From Geosiphon pyriformis uo1 (Eukaryota > Fungi > Glomeromycota), in assembly GCA_016748015.1 (NCBI GenBank), contig JAAOMT010000512.1, positions 1,808,893 through 1,872,892 of the forward strand: 64,000 nucleotides of DNA. The letters run 5' to 3'. Shown here piece by piece: positions 11,760-23,011 of the stretch (its first letter is position 1; each line of letters starts with the position of its first letter). A program made the translations under genes and the position numbers. The notes under the pieces were generated by a model, which was given only the letters and a program-made list of their open reading frames with translations, was not told the DNA's origin and did not search any database.

Positions 11760-14058
11760 TATAGCAATTTACTCTTTGTCTCCTTAATTTTATGACCACG
11801 ACCAGAGCTAAGAGTAAAAAGGCTGCACCTGATATCTGTCCTAAGATATCTAATAAAATTTCAACCAGAGGAGCTCTCTCTGTTGTAGAAGCAACTAGGC
11901 AGAACGTTTTAGAAGTCTTCCCCTTACCCAGTAATCGTAAAAGGCTGCCTTTGGTAGCCACTGAATCAACTTCCCCATCTTTAGCTGGTTTTTCACCAGT
12001 CAAAGTTCCTTCAAAGAGACACACTTGGGTTAGTCCCAGTGTTGCCTCCATCCCGACTAAGAGCCCAAAAGTTTTTAATAATAGACCAGTAAATAAGCTG
12101 GTCTTCCCTTCTATAGACTCAACACCTGGTGCTTCTGACACCACCTCTTTAAAAAAAATGGTCAAAAAAACCAAAAGTTCAGAAAAGTGGGGGCAGTCGC
12201 TTGCCTCTGCTATTGTCACACCGAATCTCTTTGTGGTTCCCAATGAGATCCTAGATGAGATCTCAGCAGCATCATCCAGCATGTCGTCTAAGATAGGCCA
12301 AGATCAACCACTGGCTGTGTTGCCAAATATGGTGTTTTCCAGCAGATCATCACTGGTTTTAGAAGCAAAACAATCTCCTTCTGTTGGGTCACCTGTTCTT
12401 GGGAACTGGACTGATCAAATGAAAACTGAATCATCTTCTCCTCTAGTTTCTGGTGCTACTTTTGGTGGTGCTTGGGAAACTATTACTAGTCGTCAAAGGT
12501 TTGCTGAGTGGGTGGCCTCTACTCTGGTGCCTGGTGCTACTTTTAAGACCAAATTGGCTTATGTTAAGACTGTTTTTCAGTCTGTGCATGGTTTCTTGGG
12601 TGCCAAATCTGTTTTAAAAGACAATGTGAAGCTTTTCTGTGTGGAGTTTGCTTCTCAACAGTCTTTGGAAGCTGTGTTTCTGGTTGGAAGCTTACAAGCT
12701 CTGTTCGTTTGGCCACTCTCAAAATTGCCAAGTCTTTGGTGGTTTCTGAATTTGGTTCTTCTTCTGCTGCTGTTGTGCTGTGTGATATATCTTTGGGTGT
12801 GTCTACTGCTGACATTAAGTTGGCTTTCAGTGTGTTTGGTAGTGTCACTCATGTTGTGCTGAAGTCTGCTGGCATTTGGCAGTATGTGGTGGTTTATTTT
12901 GAAAAGTTGGACTCTGCTGTGTCTGCCTTGAAGCATTGGTCAGTCTTGGTGGGCAAGGATAGTGTTAGAATCCTTCCTCTGGTAAATCAAAATGAGACTA
13001 TTTTGTTTCATGATAAGTTTAAGGCCAAATTGGTCAACCTTCCTCCTGGTTGTACTGCCTTTGAAATCAGTGATATGATTTTTCAGATTGGTGGTCGTAC
13101 ATGTTTCATCCCTCGTTCTTCTGATTCTGGTCATCATTTCCAGTTCGCTTTGGTTACATTTGGCTCTCAAGGTGATTTGAATTCTGCTATAGTCAGAACT
13201 GGTACTCTAAGGAAATGCCATATCTGGTGGGAAACTCCTGGCTGCTGGTGTTGCTTTAGGTGTCAGGAAATGGGCCATCTGGCCATAGATTGCAAGATTT
13301 CTCCACCTCCTACTCCCAAGATTCCCAAGGTTTTCAAGTCTTATTTTGTGGGTTCTGCTTCATATGCCAAGACTGCTGCTTCTTCTGGTCTTTCTGAGTT
13401 TCCTCCTTTGGTGGCTTCTTTGGCTGCTTCTGTTGTTGATCCTGCTGTTGGTTCTAGATTGGACTCTTTGGAAAAGCAGATTTCAGATTTGGCTGCTCTG
13501 GTTAAGTCTATTGTTGAGCCTGTTGGTTCTTTGGTTGCTTTGGTGTCTTGTCTTCTTGATGATAATGCTGCTAAGGCTGTTTAGGTCGAGAAGAATCTCA
13601 TTTCTATAAAGAGTGCTGCTAACAATTTTTCTAATCTCTTGGTTGGGGTCTCCAAGGACATTGCTTGTCTTAGACCTGAGGTTGACTTTGGTGATATGGA
13701 TTATGATGATATGCTGGCTGCTAAGCCTTCCTTTTTAAGTAAGGACACTATTGAGTGTGTTATTGCTTTGTGGCGTATGTCTGGTGCTGAAACCAGAGGC
13801 AGTATTGAGTCTACTAAATTGTTTCTTAGTGAGTTTATTTTTGACTCTAGGAATCTGAATGGTATCATTGAGAGAATTCATGGGTTGGGATTATTTCCAC
13901 CTACTTTTGATTCAGCATAGTGAGTCCTTGATTGGGCTGAGTGTCTGATCACATGTAGAAAACACATGATTTATGCCTATAATGTAATCCCTTCTGTGGT
14001 ATTATAGTTTAGGTGGTATTTGGGTCTCGCTCGTTAAAATATAATAAAAAAAAAAAAA
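11760..14058 (+). mobile_element. ORF1-only non-autonomous LINE derivative (HAL1-like), copy 1, with LINE-type 3' UTR and poly(A)
   Basis: Single reconstructed ORF1-type frame, then a 3' UTR alignable to the autonomous LINE 3' UTRs, then A13 (14046-14058); no EN/RT; second copy at ~61250-62406. Confidence 0.85.
11792..13920 (+). pseudogene. ~708-aa ORF1-like protein (S/P-rich N-terminus, RRM-like units, CCHC knuckle CFRCQEMGHLAIDC, coiled coil, unique C-terminal domain)
   Basis: ORFs 11792..12862, 12709..13584, 13639..13920 join after removing a 2-nt insertion near 12685 (absent in copy 2) and reverting TAG 13582-13584 to CAG; 2129-2=2127 nt=709 codons. Confidence 0.8.
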
Positions 14059-14274
14059 TTAGTTTTTAAGAATAATATAAAGCCGTTTTATATAAAATTT
14101 ACTTTTTAAATTTTTTTGAATATTATTATTAAATTTAACTTACTAGTTTTATTTATTTTTTATTTTTAAAATTATTAAATTTTTGTTAATTTCTGAATTT
14201 ATATATTTTTTTACAATTATTACTTTGTAAAATATATTTAAAAATATTTGTTAATATTAAAACTGTTTTTAATA

Positions 14275-17200
14275 TTTTTTTTTTTTTATTCATTTAATGA
14301 GTAAAGTCCAAACACCACTTAGAACTATACATCAAAGAAATGATCTAAACTAAGCATGAATCATGTATTTTCTATACATGACTAGCCACTTGAACCAATC
14401 AGGACAACACTATGCATATATATTGACAGAAACCAAGTCACCAATACCTAAAAAAAATGCACAAGACTTGCAAAAACCAAAACAGATTCCAAAAGCCTCA
14501 GCAATACCAAGCAATTTAATCACATCAGCCGATAACCCTGAAACCAAACCAGAAACTGAGATGAGGATCAAGCCATCTGCTGGAATCAGGCCATTCTTTT
14601 CTATAAATACACAATGCTTAGCACAGATCAACCAAATGTCATTCCTGAAAGCAAGACAAATAGATTACACAAAATCAGCAATTTTAACACCAGCAATTTT
14701 GGAATCATGGAAGACGGAAATAGCCTTCTAAAGTCATCTATTGAAAACAAAACTCTTGTAAAAAGCTGAGGAAACCAGGAAATCCAAAACACAGGTTGAC
14801 AGCAGCTGTAATATACCCAAACAAGAAAAAGAAAGACCAAAAAGCACCTTCCAAGAAGACATGCAAGATTCCAAGACCTGACAATGAGCTAAATCATCAA
14901 CCACACAAGAAAACACATGATCAGACATCTCCATATTATCACAATACAGACACAGAACACTAGGGTAATATTTATTGTAAAGACACTTTCAAACAGCCAC
15001 AGAAAGTTGATAGTATAAAGTCTTTATAAGGTAAGTTCAAGTATTAGCAGTCAGTCTGCTGGTGAAACCAGTAGTCATATGCAAATCAAGATGCCAAACC
15101 CTGGAAGAACAAAGCCAATTGATATCTGAATACAAAACACCATCTAGAAATCCAGAACCAAAACCAATCTCCCAACATGCATAACAAACAACACAAAAAA
15201 TATTGTGAACAAAGTGCCTAGAATTACCAAAAATAACACCACCATCTGCCAACAAAAAATGTTCACTAACACAAGAAAAAAGATACCAACTAGAGAGAAA
15301 CGCAGCATTAGTGATGCTATCAGCACAATTATCCTGAAATACCAGAGTGGCTCTTAACCTTGTGCTATTTAACTCTTAAATTTTTACTGCAAATAACATT
15401 CCTAATATGCCAATACTTGACCCAATACTGATTGTGAAAATCAGGACACACTAGGTCAGACTTCGACCTACAAGCATCCAAAACCACTTGACTATCTGAA
15501 AACAGATGAACAGAACAAGCTGCAGGCATACACTTCAGAGCCAATCTTATAGCCTGCAGCTCCGTTAAAGTAGATAACACTAATCCCTAAACACCAACAC
15601 CCAAACCCAAATTAATGTGCTCAAAAAAGGCAGCAGCTCCAGCCTTACAACCAATTGTGTCCAAATTCTTTAATGAACCATCCATGTACACAAACAAGCT
15701 ATCAATGCCAACCCGAGAAAGACAATTACAGACAGACAAAAAATCATTAGAACCACAAATGTCCAGAGGGCCAACACCAGCCAATGCTGAAAGAGAAAAA
15801 CAAAAAGCCACAAAAAATACAACAGAAAGTTCAAACCATTCAGAAACCAGACCACAAGGGTCCAGCCTCTTTTACCACTTAAAAATGTGCTAGCTAAAAA
15901 CACAACCATACTGATTATGAAGTTAGTCCACAAAAACAACACCATAATACCAAAGAGAGGATAAAAACTTGCAAAACAAAGACTTATCAAGAACAACAGA
16001 CATAGGTACCCTACCATGAAACTGGAAAGAGCTGGCCAAAGAGCCACCCAAAGATAACTTACAGTCAAAAAGAATGTAAACCATACCAGCTAAGAAATTA
16101 TTAGAAACATTGACACGAATATGAGCAGGAGAAACCAATGGATAGACAGGCCACTAACACAGAACCTGTAAGTTATGAGATCTGTAACTGAACAAGTGCC
16201 CCAAAATCCCACCAGAGTTTGCAAAACTAATAAGTAAAGCAATTTTATTCTCAGATTGACACTGCAAAAAAGACTTTAAACCATAAAAGAAGGGGTGGTA
16301 AATTGTATTACTAGGAAAGTCTAGTAGAAGACCAGATTTTAGCTTCAAGCTCTTGTGAATCAAAGCATCCCATTTGTTGCACACATCAACAAAAACAAAG
16401 CTAAACTGTGTTTAATAGCTAACAATAGAGTAAAGAACCACCAAAACCAAATACAAAAACTGTTTATCCAAGACAGCTTTCTTCAAAACAAAATTAGTAA
16501 AAAAACAAACATCTGAATGTGCCTTCACCAAACTAGGTTTAGAAAGGCCCTTAGTTGAAAGAAAAATACCCAAGTATTGATGAGACTCCCCCTTTTTGGC
16601 AATTGAAATAGGCAGACCACTAATAAAAAGAGAAGAATCACTGACCCTGCTGTTAATAGGAATTGCCACTGTTTTGTCATTGTTAATTGAGATATCATTG
16701 ATCCAAAAAAATTCACTAGCAATATTGAGAATATGTTGAGTAGTGCTTTGACTGCTACCAACCCAAATCATATTATCAACAAAGGCACCAGCAGCAAAAA
16801 AGAAAGAACGCCCAGCCCAAAATTTGGCATGACCATTCTTAGAGATAAAATGAGAATTCAGCTTATATTCACATATACTCTTCTGATGTTTGACTTCACA
16901 CAACAAAGAATCATAAAATATTTGCCACAAAAGAAGGGAAAAAACTTCTCCTTAATCCAGGCTATCATGTACATGATAACCATCTATTAAACCAAAATCT
17001 GTTATAACCCAATTGGTATGATCATTGTGAATGTTGTCAAAAAAATAAATGAATTTGCTACACATCTTAATCCTGATCAAACTATTTTTGAGATGTTTCC
17101 AGCCAACCGAATCATATGCTTTTGCATGTCCTGCAGAACCAGCCAGAGCTCTCAGTCTTTTTCCAAAGCATTTTTAACCACCAAACCAATTGCAAAAATA

Positions 17201-20063
17201 GAAGACTGAGTTGTCATATCCCTTAAAACCAAGAAATTGTCCCCACAAAGGACATCAAAAGCACTACATGCCAAGGAAATTCTGTCAAAAAAAATTTTAG
17301 AAAAAATCTTACAAGCCATTTTAATCAAAGCAATAGAACGAGTATTGGTCAAAACACCCTCCCACTCATATGGTTTGGGAATTATCGAGACCTAGGTCTT
17401 TTTCCAAGGGCCAGGCACTGATTCATCAGACAGACAAAGGTTCAAAATCACCAAAAGCATATTCAGAACAGACTTATTGCAATGTTTTCAAAGTTCATTC
17501 GAGATACCAAACAAGCCAGCAGCTTTGCCATCAGGCAAGTCAGAAATCACTTCAAAGAATTCATCAAAACCAATTAGGCACATTATATCAGAAAAGACTT
17601 CATCAAAAACATATTCCAAAGGTTAATATTGATGGTGCCAATCAATTGATATATCATCAGCCACATGACACTTCCTGGTTTATCTTTCCATGATCACATC
17701 TACCTTAGACTTAACCAAATCAGATTATCATTAACCACTAGATGGTCTAGCACCACTTTACGAAATGGACACTCCAGCACACTCCTGATCATATGATTCT
17801 TGTTGACCTTAAAGCTCTCTATTCTTTTATTAATGACAGACCTAATGTTTGCTTTCTTAGCTCTCAGAGATTCAGTGAGTTTGGAAACACAATAAGACTT
17901 CTTAGCACCAAAAAAAGCAGAATGAATACGATCAGAACCAGCACCAGAATCTACCAGATTTTAAACAACAGAAGACCTGATATTGTTCACAGAACTCCAG
18001 TATTCTATAAGATAAACAAAGTTCTCAGCATCTTTCTCACATAAAGCCTTAACAATTCTAGAAACCAAAAGCTCCAATTTATGAAATTTTGAAGAATCTT
18101 TGGTGAAAACTTCATTAAACCCTTTTAACCACTTTTTTTTAAAAATTTCATTAGCCAAAAGAGTCACAACTTTGCGTACAACACACCACATAGCATCCAA
18201 ATCCAAAAACCTCACAGATACAATAAATTTACCTGAGAACAATGTAGTATTGGCCAGCATAGAACTTTTAAAATTATTCCATTTAATCTTATCAACACTC
18301 TTAAAATTGAACTTCCATTGATTCTTATTGGTTTGTTTGCAAAAAGAGTTTAATTTTGTATCTAAAAGACCACCCAAACTCAAAGACACAAAAACAGCTT
18401 TGTGATCCATATCAAAATGTTCACTGACAACAAAGACATTACGCTGCATTATTGCATTCACCAGATTTGAGGAAATAAACACATAATCAATTGTCTTTGC
18501 AACACTCTGAGAATTGTTTCAAGTCGGCGCTTTAGCAAAAGAGCTTCCACTCAAAGAATTAATCAAACCAAAATCATGGCACTTTCTAAAACTAGTGTAC
18601 TTATAAGAACTATCTTCATTGAAATCACCACCAAGAATGACAAAAAAAGATTTATTCATGGTCTTCGCAATCAAAAAATTGATCTCATCAGCCTGAGAAA
18701 ATTGAGTAGCCAAGGAGGCACCAGCATACAGCCCCAGAATCGAAACCAAAAGTTTATTCTTAAAAAGTAATCTAATACAGAGAAGATGACTTGAGACCTC
18801 AAAAACCTTATATATATGTTTAGCCAAGGATCTGTTCATAACAATCGTGATACTAGCACCCACATAGCCAGAGTCTAAACCAGAAGAAAACATGTGAACA
18901 TTATTAAATTTGTCAACCAATCAAGAACGAGCCTTATTTCTCAACTTTGTTTCCATGAAAATCGAAACCAAATTGTCTATATCTTTATGCCATCAAACAA
19001 TATCTTCCTGTTTGGCAGGATTGTTCATGCCTTTGACATTACACGTAGCCACTTTCCACATCAAACTACTTATTGAGATAAAAAGAGAGCTGAGGAATCC
19101 ACATCAGAACACAGACAATCCAATCTTTCCAAAACTGAACCGATTGAGACCTCAAAAGCTACTATTTTTGATTTCAATCTGCTCACCTTGAAGGTCAGAA
19201 TCTTGGAAAAACTCGAGCTAAAATTATAGATCACATCATCAACAGCTGGAAAAGGAGAAGCAAAAGCCAAAGACATATCATTCACAGCCATATCCACATC
19301 CAAATGCAGTACCAAAGAGGAGGAAGTGGCCAGAGGAGGAACACTAAAAGGGGTCACCATCGGTACCAGTTCCATGTTACTCAACTTTTTTAATATACCA
19401 GACACCCAATCCATTAAGAGCTCCAAGAAGCATTCCAAAGTGACCAAATGAGTATTTAAAGAAGAGTTGTTATTTGAAGTGAGAGAGGAGCCAATGTTAA
19501 AACCTGAGGCACCAAAAAGAAGGAGGCTAGAACCAGAACCAGAACTAAAATGAGAACTATCAGAAAGACCAGCAAGTAAGACCATTTGGGCCCAAGATTT
19601 ACCATCAAAGGCAGTGGAATGAGATATTGAAACACCTTTCTTTTCATACAACTTCGCCAACTGAAAACAACATCCATTAGATGTAACCCTTTTAAATGTT
19701 CTTGGAGACTCAGATGAGAATGCAACAGGTGCATCACATTTCAGAGCAGAATGATCAAACTTCTTGCATTTTTTACACCAAATTAGATTTATTCTTGTCC
19801 AAGAGAGTTTAACTCCACCAAAAATCAGCTCTGTGCGAAAAGTGAATTCCAGATTATCATCAGATTCAAAACCAACTACAGCACAATGAATCCTATTACC
19901 AGTTTCCAGAAATCTGTTTATGACACAAGTGTTCCTACTAGTCTTTTCCAGAAGAGTCCCAAAATTATGTGCTGTCATTCCTACTGGTAAAGTAAACAAA
20001 AGCACTCTGAACCAATCCCTTGATGCTCAAGTCTTATGATCTCTCACTGTTTTGGCTATGTGC
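14275..20063 (-). mobile_element. LINE copy 2, 3' portion (ORF1 C-half, ORF2 EN-RT-RNaseH-CCHC, 3' UTR, poly(A))
   Basis: EN (GGDFNE), RT (FVDN), RNase H (VYMDGS, TELQAI, FSDSQ), CLYC..SDHVFSC; T-run 14275-14287; ORF2 stop at 14410. Confidence 0.93.
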
Positions 20064-20868
20064 TGTTACAGGTAAATATTTCTTTTGTTGGATTAAATAA
20101 AAACCCATAACTTGGTGCTCAAATCAAGTCGCAGTTGATGATGATCTGAAGGTTTGTATCTGAAGGTATTGGTTGAGTTCTTTATATAATAGACAGAGAT
20201 TCAATGGTGATAGTTTTATCCGTAGCTTCCCGAAACTGCAGTTTTGTCAATTTTTTTCTCAGCTTGATGGCTGGTATTCCTCCTGGTAAGCTATTCTCAA
20301 TCAAGTGTTCTACCCTTATTTCTGGATCTTTTACCAGTTACATTTATCCTGATGTCAGTGCTCCACATATTAATCTTCAATAAAGTTAGTAAACAACAAT
20401 AAAATCAAAGCAAAAAAATAAAGAAAAGAAAATAAATAAAGAAAAAAAAGAAATAAGCCAAGGCAATTTGCAAGTTAGTATTCTATCAATAGCCGTGATC
20501 AAAAGCTATTGTTCCAGTATGGTTAAGTATCAATTACTATCAACATAAAGTGTTGATAGTAAAAATGAGTTTGAGATAACCAATAGTTATTTATTAGATA
20601 CTTGTGATTTGGAGATTTGCTTAGATTAAATCTAAACTAAAAAATCTGTCTTTTTAGCTTCTAATCCTGCTGCTATATATACATAATTGAGATTCCTCAA
20701 TTCCTTGATTCTTCATGACAGGAATTCTGGAATTCTTGGAATCCTGCAATTTCTCGTCAGGGAATTCTGCAATTCCTGAGAGGAATCCTAGAATTCCACA
20801 TTTATTACGCCTACTTCTGATTGGCTAATAATCATGTTAATATATTTCCTATATTTCTATGAGTAACA
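20064..20868 (-). repeat. 3' LTR of copy C (805 bp)
   Basis: TGTTAC...GTAACA termini; PPT AGGAGGGAA adjacent (20872-20880). Confidence 0.95.
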
Positions 20869-20881
20869 TTATTCCCTCCTT

Positions 20882-21543
20882 TTAATATTAAGCTCCATTA
20901 AAATCCAACTCGTTTAATTCATCCTCTTGAAGTATTTCCTGGATTTCATTTTTGAGAATTACTTGTGTTATTTGGGTCTGTAATTCTTCAAATTGAATAT
21001 TGGTGATCTTTTTCAATTAATTATTGGTAACCATATTCATTGCTTTGTTGAGTAATATTTCTGGTCTATCCTGAAATACTGTGTGTGTATTCGGTATATA
21101 GTTTAGGCCTGTGTAGATAAGTTGTTCTTTCCCACAAAATGTTTTAATTGTTGTAGTATTTTTTTGTTGAATAATTGCTTTGTTTTATCTGTATATAGAT
21201 TCTGGATATTTATGTGTTGTTCCAAGTAAAAATAACAATAGTTTTGTGGAAATTGTTGTATCCACTAATTCTAAGTTTCTTTAGTCAACTCTTGATATAG
21301 TGACTTTTTTGTCGACTCTCTTATTGCTAATTTTACTTTTACAATAATTTTGTTTACAGTATTTTCAGTTTTCTTCTGTGTTCTGGGTTGCAATGTCTTT
21401 CTAGTATCTTGATATTGAATGGTTTGTTGATTGATTGTAATCTTTATTTCCTGGTGTTGGATTAATTGAAAGAGTTGTTGTGCTAGTAAGTGAATGTTGT
21501 CTGTAATTTCTATTTTTCTAATATTTCCTGTCGTGTCTACCAT
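20882..21543 (-). pseudogene. ORF3 of copy C (disrupted)
   Basis: ATG 24 nt after the integrase stop; ~220 codons ending ...QFEELQTQITQVIL..LDFNGA; same position as family 1 ORF3. Confidence 0.65.
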
Positions 21544-21567
21544 GTCTTTATATATTCTTTTGATGGA

Positions 21568-22950
21568 TCAATTTGACGTGTTGTTGTCAATAATAATAAT
21601 TGGTTCCAGATCTTGTGGAATCTGATCTGGTTGGACTAGTATTCTCTGTATTCCTAATTGTGAAATATTACTGGTAAATGGTGGTATGGTGTTGTGGTAT
21701 GGTTTTAGTTGATCTCCATGTGCTGCCTTGGTTAAGATTTTGTTGTTCAACCTTAATTTATAAGCTTCATTTCCTAGAATTTTTTTTATGTGAAATAGTC
21801 TGTTTCATTTGAGATCAAATTTTTCACTCTATTGTTTTTCTGCTTTGGTATGATGTAAGAGTACTTTGTCTCCAATTTTGAATTCAACTGGTTTGTCTGG
21901 TAGTTGATTATCATGTCTTTTTTTCTGTTTTTCTTGTGACTTTTATATGTTATCAGCTGTTCTTTTTCGTTTGTTTTCCAATGTTTTCATTAAGTCATAT
22001 GTTCTTCTTAACAATGTTTCTTGGAAATTTTCTTCTGTTATTGGTTTAGTTGGATATGTGTTGACCTTTATTTCCACTGGTAATATTGCTGTTCTATCAT
22101 ATACTAATTCAAATGGTGTTGCTTGTGTAGTGTCTTGCTTTATTGTTTGATAAGCAAATAATACTGATGGTATTAACACGTTCCAATCATTCTGGTTTTC
22201 TTGGCTGAGCTTAGCTATTGCTTCACACAATATTCTGTTGAATTTTTCAACTAATCCGTTGGTTTGTGGATGGTATGGTGATGATAGTGGTCTCTTAATT
22301 CCGAATCTTTGGCTCAATTCTGTTAATGTTCTGTTCACAAAATGAGTTTTTTGGTCTAATAATAATTCTTTTAGACATCCATGTCGACAAATTAAATCTT
22401 GATGAATGAATTTGGCAATGGATTCTGCATCTGCTCTTTGAATTGCTTTTGCCTCTGGCCATTTAGTAAGATAGTCCATGGCTACTACTATGTATCTGTT
22501 TCCTCCTCTGGTGATTGTTAATAGTCTGACTAGATCAATTTCAATATGGTCAAATGATTGTCCCACTTTGAATGGTCTTAATGGTTTACTGGATTTTGTT
22601 CCTCCTCTTCACTGACAAGCATCATAATTTTGAACATATTGGATGATGTCTGGATACATTAATAGCCAATAGTATCTTTTTCTGGTTCTTTCTATGGTTG
22701 CTTCTTTATGAAAATGTCCTGCAGTTGGATCTGAGTGCATGTTGAACAGTATTGTCTCTTTTTCTAATTCTGTAATTACTCTGGTTGGTTGATCTAGATC
22801 TTTTCTATTTTTCTAATAAAGTATATTTTGGTGAGTGATAAAATATTTTGATTGTTGTTTAATATTCTTTCATTCTGTTTGAGATAAATTCTCCTTGAAC
22901 TGTTGAGTGTTTATATAATATTGCAGTTGTTAATATTTTTGTATGTTCAT
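21568..22950 (-). pseudogene. Integrase of copy C, own ATG
   Basis: MHSDPTAGH, DLV..DYLTKWPEA, YHPQTNGLVEKFN; ORFs 21943..22566, 21568..21750. Confidence 0.92.
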
Positions 22951-23011
22951 CTTTTGTTATATTTTTCGTTGGTATTGTTCTGGTTTTGTTATATTTTGGG
23001 TTGAAATGTTC

